From NCBI GenBank assembly GCA_046758965.1, contig JBHIBG010000093.1:1-10461 (forward strand): a stretch of 10,461 bases of DNA. Reading direction: 5' to 3'. Numbering within the stretch: position 1 is the first letter of the stretch; each line of letters begins with the position of its first letter. The position numbers and the translations under genes were made by a program. Source of the stretch: Candidatus Methylomirabilia bacterium. Its GTDB lineage: Bacteria; Methylomirabilota; Methylomirabilia; Rokubacteriales; CSP1-6. Positions 1 to 8,052 of this stretch are shown in pieces. The notes beneath the pieces were generated by a model. It searched no databases and was not told the DNA's origin. It was given only the letters and a program-made list of their open reading frames with translations.

Positions 1-57
1 TGGGCGTGGATCCGGGACATCGTGGACCATCGGGTCCGCCGCCAGCGGATCCTCTAG
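1..57 (+). CDS. Possible 3' end of an upstream gene (…WAWIRDIVDHRVRRQRIL*), product unknown
   Basis: Frame 1 is open from the window edge to TAG at 55-57 with GC3-rich codons. Too short to identify. Confidence 0.35.
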   Translation, partial: WAWIRDIVDHRVRRQRIL

Positions 58-179
58 CGGGAACGAACCCGTCGCGCGCGATTCCGGGACACGGTGCCCC
101 CCAATCTCCCTCGCCCTCACCCCTTCGCTCCCGCTGGCGCTGTTCGGGGGCTCAGGGCTGATCCTCAGGGAGGACCCAG

Positions 180-866
180 ATGCGGCAACGGTTCCCCCGC
201 CATCCGATCCAGGTTCCGGTTCTGTACCGGCGGTTAGACCTGGAGGACCCTGCCGGAGCGGATATCGGCTGGAGCATGGACCTGAGCGAGGGAGGGGCGC
301 GGCTCGATCTCAGGGCCTTGGTCAGGGTGGGGAGCAGGCTGGGGCTCGTGCTCTTCACCCATCCTGAAGCAGTCGAGGCCGAGGCGCGCGTGATCTGGAC
401 CCGGAAACAAGATTACGACGCTGTGCACCACGGCGTCGAATTCCTCTATCTCCCCTCCACCCATTTCACCGCGCTCCTCAAGGCGTTCCCCCAGGAGCAC
501 TCGGTGCGGCAGCGAGCTATCCGCCTGCCGATCACACTTCCGGCCCAGTGCCGGGCCCCTTGCGAGGGCCTCCCACCCCTCCGGGGGTGGACCGGTGATA
601 TCAGCCGGACCGGCGTCCTGCTCTTCCTGCCCCGGCAGCTTCCCCTGAATACGGAGGCCGAGGTCACCCTCGAGGATGCTCGGGGGAAGCTCCGCCTCCC
701 CGGTCGGGTCCGATGGGTGGACGGCTCACGTAACGGCATGGGGCCGATCCGCCACGGGATCGAATTCCTGCAGCCGCCCCTCGAATCCCGCAGGCTCTTG
801 AGCCTGTTCCTGGGGACCTTTGCCAAGGAGAGCTTGGCGGACCTGCTCGTGGATGTCACTCCCTAA
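180..866 (+). CDS. Tandem PilZ-domain protein, paralog 1 (228 aa)
   Basis: Two PilZ-like repeats: RQRFPR…DLSEGG…ARVIW…HGVEF and RQRAIR…DISRTG…GRVRW…HGIEF. SD-like GGAGG just upstream of the ATG. Confidence 0.88.
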   Translation: MRQRFPRHPIQVPVLYRRLDLEDPAGADIGWSMDLSEGGARLDLRALVRVGSRLGLVLFTHPEAVEAEARVIWTRKQDYDAVHHGVEFLYLPSTHFTALLKAFPQEHSVRQRAIRLPITLPAQCRAPCEGLPPLRGWTGDISRTGVLLFLPRQLPLNTEAEVTLEDARGKLRLPGRVRWVDGSRNGMGPIRHGIEFLQPPLESRRLLSLFLGTFAKESLADLLVDVTP

Positions 867-910
867 CACCCCGCTCCGCCGGACCCGTCGGTTCGGCCCT
901 TCCCCTCCCC

Positions 911-959
911 TGAGTGGCGCTTCCGGCTGAGGCCCAGGGCGGCGAAGAGCGCCACCTCA
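911..959. terminator. GC-rich hairpin between convergent genes (possible bidirectional terminator)
   Basis: GTGGCGCT (914-921) is the reverse complement of AGCGCCAC (948-955). It lies between the two stop codons, with no clear U-tract. Confidence 0.35.
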
Positions 960-3005
960 ATGGAGCAGACGGAACTCGACCCGGCCGGGCAATCGCTTCG
1001 TGACGGCGTGAGGGTTCCCCGTCACCACGAAGAGCCGTTTTTGCGCGACCCCGCGGCGGACCAGGGTCCGCTCGATGAGGCGCGCCCGTTTTTCGGCAAG
1101 GGCCTTGAGATCCTGCTCGGTCACACCCCGTCCGCGAGGCCGTTTGCGTGCGAGGGCCGCGGCCTCGCGGGTGCTGGCGCGTCCCCGGATTTGCAGCTCG
1201 ACCTTCGGCTTGGTTCGGAGGAAGGTGACCAGCCTGTCGAGTCGAGCCGCGGCCTTCGGATCCGGCGTGAGCGAACCTGGCTGGAAGCCGACGGGATCGA
1301 TCCGCACCTCAGTGATCTTGCCGCCCACTGTGAGGATCTTGCCGAGGAGCCGGAAGGGGATTGCGAGGGCCTTCATCACGGCGTTCCGGACCCCCTTCCA
1401 CACCACGCTCCCGAACCGGAACTCGGGGTTATCCAGATCGCCCTCGACGGGGATCCGCAGCCGGATCTCACTGTTGTGGCCCTCCAGGAGGATCAGGGCG
1501 AGCTTCAGCGGGATCCCCACCTGCCTCTGGAACTCGTTGCCCAGGGCGTCGCCGAGCTGGATCTGCCGAATCCGAATCTCATAACCTGCGGCGAGGTTGC
1601 CGGCGTCGTAGCGGTACTTGACCGCCGTGGTCACCCGGCCGCGACGCACTCGGTGCTGAACGTACTTCTCGGCGTAGGGGTTCAGCCGGGACAGCTCGTA
1701 GTCCTGGACTCTTCCCTCAAGGTAGACCTTGAGGGGCCGGGCGGCGGGTGTGAACCATCCCTGGAACTCGAGGGGGCTGGACTCACCGGCCCTCCCCTGG
1801 AACCGGAGGCTGGCTTGACCGGCCTGCGGGGTCGGGTAGCGTACCTCGGCCCTCAGGTTGGACAGGGCCCCGGTAAAGCTGGGCGTGAGGGTCCTATCTA
1901 CAAACTCTACACGGCTGTCCTCGACGGCCACGTGGTGGATCATGATGGGTGCCGGGGCACCGCTCCTCGGGCCGGGCGCAGCGCCCGCCGCATCCTCCGG
2001 CGTCGGGGCAGCCCACAGCCGCCGGAGGTTGACGGTCCCGCCACGGTCCCGTGTCACCCGGAGGGTTGCCCCGGTGATCTGAACCTTGGCGATGTCGGCG
2101 GACAGGGTCGGCCTGTTCCTCACCCGGGTGAGATCGGCCGTCAGCCGGGTGACGCGCAGAAGGGGATCCTCGTCGCCGGGCAGTGTGAAGGCGAGACCCT
2201 GCCCCTCGACGGTGCCCCCGGCCTCGATGCGCAGATACCCCTCTCGGGTCCACGCCGCGGTCACGTCCAAGCTTCCGTGGAAGGTTCCCGCACGCGCCTC
2301 AGCGTTCCCCAGGAGGAGATACACGTACCCCTGAAAGGGTGAAAGGGGGACGCCAGTCCCGGTGAGCTGAAAGCGGGTGATGAAGGGATCAAGGTGAAGC
2401 GTGCCGACGAATCGCAGGGGGGCCTTTCCCAGCCGGGCCTCGCCCGTCACCGCCCCCGGCTTCGCCTCGACCGTGAACGCCACTGGCCGGACCGTGAGCT
2501 TGACGTCCTGGAGGACGCTCGTCACCACGGGGGTCGTGGTGCGGTCGTGGATGGTCACCACCCCCCCGCGGACCTCGACCTGCTCGATGGAGAGGTCGCC
2601 GATTGTCCCCCCGCCGGCCGCCCGTGGGCGGAAGAAGTCGTCAACGTTCCAACGGCTCGGTCCGGTCCGCTCGATGGAGAGGACTGGCTCCCGAGCCGTT
2701 GCGGTGTGGATCCTCAGCCGCCCACGGAGGAGGGCTTCCCGGGAGAAGCTGAGCTCTAGCCTCGGCACCCGCAGGATGGGCTCTGCACCATTCGTGCCGC
2801 CGATAACGAGGCCCGAGATGTGCGCCCTACCTGTGAAGAGGTTCAGGTCCACGTCCGCGATGGCGACGGGTGCTGTGATCCGGGCCTGGAGCTCCCGCAC
2901 GGCGAGACGGCGCACCACCTCCGGCAGCAGCAGGAGGGCGAGGAGGATCAGGAGGATCACCACACCCGGGGCCGTGGGGACGCGGCGAGGCCGGTGGGAG
3001 GCCAT
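957..3005 (-). CDS. DUF748-type (AsmA-like, beta-rich) membrane-anchored envelope protein with a C-terminal OmpA-like domain (~682 aa)
   Basis: The likely start MASHR at 3005 gives a basic N-terminus followed by a hydrophobic anchor (VVILLILLALLLLP). Repeated beta-rich segments carry DUF748-like motifs (FVDRTLTPSF, LNPYAEKY, IPLKLALILL…IRLRIPVEGDLDNPEF). The C-terminus FQPGS…LQIRGRAS…LAEKRA…RVEF is OmpA-like. The ORF-track start at 3212 looks over-extended. Confidence 0.8.
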   Translation of the reverse strand: MASHRPRRVPTAPGVVILLILLALLLLPEVVRRLAVRELQARITAPVAIADVDLNLFTGRAHISGLVIGGTNGAEPILRVPRLELSFSREALLRGRLRIHTATAREPVLSIERTGPSRWNVDDFFRPRAAGGGTIGDLSIEQVEVRGGVVTIHDRTTTPVVTSVLQDVKLTVRPVAFTVEAKPGAVTGEARLGKAPLRFVGTLHLDPFITRFQLTGTGVPLSPFQGYVYLLLGNAEARAGTFHGSLDVTAAWTREGYLRIEAGGTVEGQGLAFTLPGDEDPLLRVTRLTADLTRVRNRPTLSADIAKVQITGATLRVTRDRGGTVNLRRLWAAPTPEDAAGAAPGPRSGAPAPIMIHHVAVEDSRVEFVDRTLTPSFTGALSNLRAEVRYPTPQAGQASLRFQGRAGESSPLEFQGWFTPAARPLKVYLEGRVQDYELSRLNPYAEKYVQHRVRRGRVTTAVKYRYDAGNLAAGYEIRIRQIQLGDALGNEFQRQVGIPLKLALILLEGHNSEIRLRIPVEGDLDNPEFRFGSVVWKGVRNAVMKALAIPFRLLGKILTVGGKITEVRIDPVGFQPGSLTPDPKAAARLDRLVTFLRTKPKVELQIRGRASTREAAALARKRPRGRGVTEQDLKALAEKRARLIERTLVRRGVAQKRLFVVTGNPHAVTKRLPGRVEFRLLH

Positions 3006-3298
3006 GGGGTGGTTCAGACCTGATGCGGGCTTGCTGGAATTCACGTAATCTCCCGGGTCAGAAGGCGCTCTGACTGGAGTGGGGAGCGTCCTGACGGGGG
3101 TGCCAACCTCTTCGCCGGCTGCCGTCTCTGGGGTTGCCAGGAGAGAGGTGCACCCGGCCAGACCTTTCCTTCTCCAGGCATCTCTGATAGGCTCTCCCCA
3201 CTCACTCTGCATTTTCCCTGCCAGCCAGTTGGCAGCCGGGCGCGGGGTCGCCGGGTTCCGCAGGGGACAGATGTGTCCGGGGCAGGAGGGGTAACCCG

Positions 3299-4141
3299 AT
3301 GCGCGAGATCGCAGCCGAGACCGTCGGCGACGTCGTGCGCAGCCTGGCCATCGAGGCGAACACCGCCATGGGCGAGGACATGGTCCGGGCGCTGGAGCGG
3401 GCCCGCGAGCAGGAGGTCTCCCCCCTCGGGCGGGAGGTCCTGGGGCGCATCCTCGAAAACCAGGCCCTGGCGCGGCGCGAGGGGGTTCCCCTCTGCCAGG
3501 ACACGGGCTATGCCGTCCTCTTCGTGGAACTCGGCCAGGAGGTCCGCGTCACCGGGGGGGGCCTGGGGGAGGCCATCAACCAAGGGGTCCGCCGAGGCTA
3601 CTGCGAGGGGTACCTCCGCAAGTCGATCGTGGCTAGCCCGTTCCACCGGGTGAACACCGAGGACAACACCCCGGCCATCATCCACTACGACATCGTCCCA
3701 GGGGACCGGCTTCGCATTCACTTCCTGGTCAAGGGGGCCGGCTGAGACAACATGAGTCGGCACGTGATGCTGACGCCGGCCGAGGGCATTCAAGGAATGA
3801 AACGCTTCGTTGTCGAGGCCGTGTCCCAGGCGGGGCCCAACCCGAGTCCCCCCCTCGTGGTGGGGATCGGGATGGGGGGCAGCTTCGCCCAGTCCGCCCT
3901 CCTGGCCAGCAGGGCGTTAACCCGCCCCGTCGGCGAGCCGAGTGCGGATCCCGCTGTGGCGGCCCTGGAGCGCGAGCTCCTGGAGGAAATCAACGCCCTC
4001 GGGATCGGCCCGGCCGGGTTCGGGGGCAGGGTGACCGCTCTGGCCGTCCATATCGAGAGCCACCCCACTCACATCGCCGCCTTTCCGGTGGCGATGAATC
4101 TAGACTGCCACTCACACCGATGCCGGAGCGTGACGCTATGA
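3299..4141 (+). CDS. fumA: Class I fumarate hydratase / L(+)-tartrate dehydratase-type Fe-S hydro-lyase alpha subunit, 280 aa with in-frame UGA at codon 149 (probable selenocysteine)
   Basis: ORFs 3299-3745 and 3752-4141 share a frame and are separated only by TGA-GAC-AAC. Joined, they give a normal-length alpha subunit with PLCQDTG, GYLRKSIV, NTEDNTPA, KGAG*DNMS, GIGPAGFGG, HPTHIA and CHSHR. SD GGAGG upstream. Confidence 0.88.
3756..3774 (+). promoter_or_regulatory. Candidate bacterial SECIS hairpin
   Basis: GTCGGCA (3756-3762) pairs with TGCTGAC (3768-3774): 7 bp including one G-U, with loop CGTGA. The loop follows a 17-nt spacer after the UGA and has G at its second position. Confidence 0.7.
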
Positions 4142-4728
4142 CCGAAGACCCGGCCCCCCGTCGGCTTCAGACCCCCCTCAGCCCAGAGGCGGTCCAGCGC
4201 CTGGCCGTCGGCGACCAGGTCCTCCTGGACGGGGTGATCTATGCGGCTCGCGACGCGGCCCACGCCCGGCTGGTCCAGGGGTTACAGGGAAGGGAGGAGC
4301 CGCCGATCCCCCTTGAGGGGCAGGTGATCTTCTTTGTGGGCCCCACGCCGGCCAGGCCAGGACAGGTCATCGGGTCGATCGGCCCCACCACGGCGTCGCG
4401 GATGGATTGCTACTCGCCGGTCCTGATCGCCCGGGGGCTCCGCGGGATGATCGGGAAGGGGAAGCGGGCGCCGGAGGTCCGGGAGGCGATGCGGCGGCAT
4501 GGCTGCGTCTATTTCGGCGCGGTGGAGGGGAACGCCGCCCTCCTCGCCCGCCAGGTCCGCGCGGCCGAGGTCGTGGCCTACCCGGACCTCGGGCCCGAGG
4601 CGATCTACCGCTTTCTGGTCGAGGCGTTCCCAGTCATCGTGGTCAACGACGTCGCGGGCCGGGACCTCTACGAGGAGGGCCGGGCCCGCTACGCCCAGGC
4701 TGTTGACGAAGGAGCCGGGACAGGGTAG
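4138..4728 (+). CDS. fumB: Class I fumarate hydratase / tartrate dehydratase-type beta subunit (196 aa)
   Basis: Motifs GVIYAARDAAH, GPTP, IGPTTASRMD, MIGKG and DLGPEAI. ATG 4138 overlaps the alpha stop (ATGA), with GGAG at 4125-4128. Confidence 0.9.
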   Translation: MTEDPAPRRLQTPLSPEAVQRLAVGDQVLLDGVIYAARDAAHARLVQGLQGREEPPIPLEGQVIFFVGPTPARPGQVIGSIGPTTASRMDCYSPVLIARGLRGMIGKGKRAPEVREAMRRHGCVYFGAVEGNAALLARQVRAAEVVAYPDLGPEAIYRFLVEAFPVIVVNDVAGRDLYEEGRARYAQAVDEGAGTG

Positions 4729-4732
4729 TTGG

Positions 4733-5467
4733 ATGGGCGGGGAAGGGGCGGGTGAGCGACGGGGAGGAGCGATACTCCGACCGTATGATATGGTCACCTT
4801 CGACTGCTACGGGACGCTGATCGACTGGAAGCGCGGGATCAGCAGGGCGTTCCGCGAGGCTGCCGCAGTGGATGGGGTCCCCCTGGATCCCGGGACGGTG
4901 CTCACCGCCTACGCCGAGATCGAGCCGCTGGTGGAGGCCGAGGCCTACCGAAGTTATCGTGCCGTCCTCACCGAGACGGCCCGGCGCGTGGCTGCCCGCC
5001 TGGGCTGTCCCCTCGCTGAAGCGCGGACGCACTTTCTGGCGGACAGCCTGCCGACCTGGCCGCCCTTTGCCGATACGAACCCGGCCCTTCGGCGGCTGGC
5101 TGGGGCGGGCTACCGGCTGGGCATCCTGTCGAATGTGGACGATGACCTGCTTGCTCTGACCCTGCGCCATTTCGACGTCTCCTTCGAGCTGTTGGTGACC
5201 GCAGAGCAGGTCCGCTCGTACAAGCCGGCCCTCGGCCACTTTCACGCGGCGCGGGACCGGATTGGGGCGGGCCAGTGGCTGCATGCCGCCCAGAGCTACG
5301 TCCACGATGTGGCGCCGGCCCGGTCGCTGGGGGTCCCCGTGGCGTGGATTAACCGCACGGGTCAGGTGGCGCCGGGTAGAGACCTTCCCGACCGTGAATT
5401 TCCCACGCTGACGGAGCTGGCGGACTGGTTGGCGGCATCCGTCCCTGAAGGGCCGAAGCGCTACTGA
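4733..5467 (+). CDS. HAD-superfamily hydrolase, 2-haloacid dehalogenase-like (start uncertain: 4733 or 4790)
   Basis: Motif I TFDCYGTLIDW, motif II LSN, motif III YKP and motif IV AQSYVHDV. Begins 4 nt after the beta-subunit stop. Confidence 0.85.
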   Translation: MGGEGAGERRGGAILRPYDMVTFDCYGTLIDWKRGISRAFREAAAVDGVPLDPGTVLTAYAEIEPLVEAEAYRSYRAVLTETARRVAARLGCPLAEARTHFLADSLPTWPPFADTNPALRRLAGAGYRLGILSNVDDDLLALTLRHFDVSFELLVTAEQVRSYKPALGHFHAARDRIGAGQWLHAAQSYVHDVAPARSLGVPVAWINRTGQVAPGRDLPDREFPTLTELADWLAASVPEGPKRY

Positions 5468-5533
5468 ACCGCGGCGGGACAAGGAGAGGTGCTCGGCGTG
5501 AAGGCCGCGCTTCCAACACGGCCTCGCGCTCTT

Positions 5534-6214
5534 CTATCGCGTGGTGTTCCCCTGCTGCTTGGTGGTGATGGCGCCCAGGAGGAGGCCCTGAAACTCCTGG
5601 AACGAGAGGGGACCTCCGAGTAGCTCGATCCCGTGCCGGATAGACCCCGCCGCGGCGCCCTCCCCATCCACCCAGCGGACCATCCCGTGCAGGGCATGCC
5701 GGGTGGGGGTCTGGAAGGTGAGCTTCACCGCGGCGCCTAGGGTCAGGCGCATGGGGAGAGAGAGCATAACCCCGGTGGGACTGATGTTGTGGGTCGACCC
5801 GAGCATGGGAGGCTGTGAGCTCTTCACTACGTGGCACTGGACTGGGAGTGCGATCGGGAGGCGGACGAGCTCCTGCGGGAGCGGTTGCTCGCGAATGAGC
5901 GCCTGCCGGAGGGTGCTTTGTTGAGTGGGGCTCAGGTCGAAGAACTCCACGCCGTGGAGAGCGCTCTGTGGGGTCACGACTTTGGCCCAGACCACGCGTG
6001 CCTTGGCCTCGACCGGGTCGCGGCGCGTCCGATGCGTGAAGAGGACGAGCTTCAGCTGACACCCCACCGGCAGGGCGGCCGCAAGCTTGATACAGGCTCC
6101 ACCCTCCCCCAGGTCCTCAGTCCAGCCGAGCTCGGGCCTCGACGGCTTCTCCTGGTCGAGTCGCTGGTAGGCGACTGGGACCGTGAAGGGCTTTCGTCGA
6201 AATTGCTGCTGCAT
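5534..6214 (-). CDS. Tandem PilZ-domain protein, paralog 2 (226 aa)
   Basis: DLGEGGAC…ARVVW…HGVEF and NISPTG…GMVRW…HGIEL. Collinear with the other four paralogs. Confidence 0.87.
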   Translation of the reverse strand: MQQQFRRKPFTVPVAYQRLDQEKPSRPELGWTEDLGEGGACIKLAAALPVGCQLKLVLFTHRTRRDPVEAKARVVWAKVVTPQSALHGVEFFDLSPTQQSTLRQALIREQPLPQELVRLPIALPVQCHVVKSSQPPMLGSTHNISPTGVMLSLPMRLTLGAAVKLTFQTPTRHALHGMVRWVDGEGAAAGSIRHGIELLGGPLSFQEFQGLLLGAITTKQQGNTTR

Positions 6215-6228
6215 GGCCGGGCTATGGG

Positions 6229-6244
6229 TGCAACGAGGGTGCCA
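6229..6244 (-). promoter_or_regulatory. Sigma54 (RpoN) -24/-12 motif for paralog 2
   Basis: The minus strand reads TGGCAC-CCTCG-TTGCA, an exact match to TGGCAC-N5-TTGCW. Confidence 0.75.
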
Positions 6245-6461
6245 GATCCCTTGGTCGGGGTTTCTGTCCTTGATCTATTTGAAAAATAAGGGTTTACAGA
6301 TGTCCGGCAGTAGATGGCCAAATGGTGCCGCCCGTCGATCAGGAGGGGGGATGTCGTCAATCCGGACACCTCACCAGCTTGGCCGCCGTAAGGAGTAGCC
6401 GAATCCCGGAACGCGGACCGGATGCCGGAGGTGCGTGGCCGTACCCACGCGGGCGACATCC

Positions 6462-6477
6462 TGGCATCGTTGTTGCA
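6462..6477 (+). promoter_or_regulatory. Sigma54 -24/-12 motif for paralog 3
   Basis: TGGCAT-CGTTG-TTGCA with GG-N10-GC spacing. Confidence 0.7.
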
Positions 6478-6491
6478 ACGAGAGGCGCTCC

Positions 6492-7175
6492 ATGCGGCAA
6501 CGATTCCCGCGCTACACCATTCAGATCCCAGTCTTCTTCAGGCAACTGGACGAGGGGAAGTCTCCCCAGACCGGGATCGGTCTGACGCAGGATCTGAGCG
6601 AGGGGGGCGCCTGTCTGCTGCTCGAGGGCGAGTTGGTCGTGGGATGCCGTCTGGACCTCTTCATGTTCGTGGAAAAGGAGATCGCCGAAGCCGAGGCGCG
6701 CGTGGCCTGGATTCAGCCACGGGACGAGGCAACGTTCTACCACGGCGTGGAGTTCATCCAGCTCACCCCTGGCCAGCATACATCCATCCTGAAGCTTTTG
6801 CACCAGGGGGAGTCCTTCCGGCGGCAGTCGCTCCGCCTCCCCCTCACGCTGTCAGTCTCCTGCCAGGTCGTCGGCGACGATACCCCTTCCATAGAGGGTC
6901 AGACCTGTAAGATCAGCCGCACCGGTGCCGAGATCCTCCTGCCCCGGCTCGTTCCGCCCCACACCGTGGTCGAGATCACCCTTTCCGAACCCGTCACGAC
7001 ACCGCTGCTCGGTCAGGTGCGATGGGCGAAGGAGGTGAGCGGGGGCGCACACCCGTTCCGCCACGGGGTCGAATTCCTCCGAGGTCCCCTCGACACCTGG
7101 GCCTTTCAGCGTCTCCTCGTGAGTACGCTGCCGGAAGAGGACCGAGCAAAGCTGGAGCGGCAACTCAGCCGGTAA
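6492..7175 (+). CDS. Tandem PilZ-domain protein, paralog 3 (227 aa)
   Basis: The start MRQRFPR at 6492 aligns with the paralog N-termini. Motifs DLSEGG, HGVEF, RRQSLR, KISRTG and GQVRW. Confidence 0.88.
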   Translation: MRQRFPRYTIQIPVFFRQLDEGKSPQTGIGLTQDLSEGGACLLLEGELVVGCRLDLFMFVEKEIAEAEARVAWIQPRDEATFYHGVEFIQLTPGQHTSILKLLHQGESFRRQSLRLPLTLSVSCQVVGDDTPSIEGQTCKISRTGAEILLPRLVPPHTVVEITLSEPVTTPLLGQVRWAKEVSGGAHPFRHGVEFLRGPLDTWAFQRLLVSTLPEEDRAKLERQLSR

Positions 7176-7205
7176 CGCCCACGCTGTTCTACGATGAGGA
7201 TCGCC

Positions 7206-7898
7206 ATGTGGCAGCTCTTGCCTCGGTTTCCGCGATACGCCATGCGATTTCCCGTGTTCTTCCGGAGACTGGAGCGGGATGACCAGGGGCAAACGGGTGT
7301 GGGCCTGACCGAGAACGTGGGGGAGGAGGGCGCCTCGGTCCTCCTTGACACCAGCCTGCCGCAGGGATGCCGACTGGGTCTCGTGCTGTTCGTCAGGAAT
7401 GAGCTGGTCGAGGTAGAGGCGCGCGTGACCGGGGTCCAGCCCCAGGGCGGGCGCGACGTCCTCCACCACCTGGAATTCACACCGCTCACACCTGCCCAGC
7501 AGATCACGCTCCTGAAGCTCTTGCCCCAGGAGAAATCCTTCCGCCGGCGATCGTTGCGCCTGCCCATGACCCTACCCGTCACCTGCCGGGTCCACGGGGA
7601 CGATTCCGCTTCCCTGAAGGGCGAGACCCGAAATCTCAGCCGCACCGGCGCCGAGATCCTCCTGCCCCAGCCCCTTTCTCCAGAGGCCATGATCGAGGTC
7701 ACCCTGGGGGAGGCCCCGGAGACCCGCATGCCCGGCCGGGTGCGATGGATGGGCGAGGGGAGTGAGGAGACGGGCTGGATTCGTCATGGGGTGGAATTTT
7801 TCTGGCCGCCCCTTTCGGCAGAGGTCTTCACCCACTTCTTGCTGAGCACGCTCCCCAAAGAGGACCAGGAGCGGCTGCTGGAAGACCTCGGCCAGTAA
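7206..7898 (+). CDS. Tandem PilZ-domain protein, paralog 4 (230 aa)
   Basis: ATG 7206 is preceded by GAGGA. Motifs PRFPR, NVGEEG, RRRSLR, NLSRTG, GRVRW and HGVEF. Confidence 0.87.
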   Translation: MWQLLPRFPRYAMRFPVFFRRLERDDQGQTGVGLTENVGEEGASVLLDTSLPQGCRLGLVLFVRNELVEVEARVTGVQPQGGRDVLHHLEFTPLTPAQQITLLKLLPQEKSFRRRSLRLPMTLPVTCRVHGDDSASLKGETRNLSRTGAEILLPQPLSPEAMIEVTLGEAPETRMPGRVRWMGEGSEETGWIRHGVEFFWPPLSAEVFTHFLLSTLPKEDQERLLEDLGQ

Positions 7899-8022
7899 CG
7901 CCCCCCCTGTCTCCGTCCGCACCCCGGGGGTCGGCTCGTCCCAAAGCAACTGCCCAGTTCCCGATGCCTGACCTCACGACCGTCCCAATCTTGACGAGGA
8001 GTTTCGTTGGCGGAAGGGATAC

Positions 8023-8038
8023 TGGCATTGATGTTGCA
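8023..8038 (+). promoter_or_regulatory. Sigma54 -24/-12 motif for paralog 5
   Basis: TGGCAT-TGATG-TTGCA with GG-N10-GC spacing. Confidence 0.7.
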
Positions 8039-8052
8039 TCATAAGGAGTTCC

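Noticed and set aside
125..179. Sigma54 motif before PilZ paralog 1 (TGGCGC…)
   Set aside because: No GC at the required GG-N10-GC position.
960..3048. Long plus-strand ORFs (960-2342, 2401-3048) and other overlapping ORFs in the track
   Set aside because: Antisense or frame shadows of real high-GC genes, with no recognisable motifs.
3006..3298. Riboswitch (e.g. glycine) or 69-aa N-terminal extension upstream of the DUF748 gene
   Set aside because: Only fragmentary motif similarity, and the extension is low-complexity and displaces the membrane anchor.
3743..3745. Genome-wide UGA reassignment to Trp or Gly
   Set aside because: TGA is the normal stop for the alpha subunit (4139-4141), the HAD gene and the DUF748 gene.
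3299..4141. Alpha subunit as a pseudogene or as two genes (148 aa + 129 aa)
   Set aside because: The stop falls at a Ser/Cys motif position with a SECIS-like hairpin, there is no frameshift, and ATG 3752 is the motif Met with no SD. Disfavoured, not excluded.
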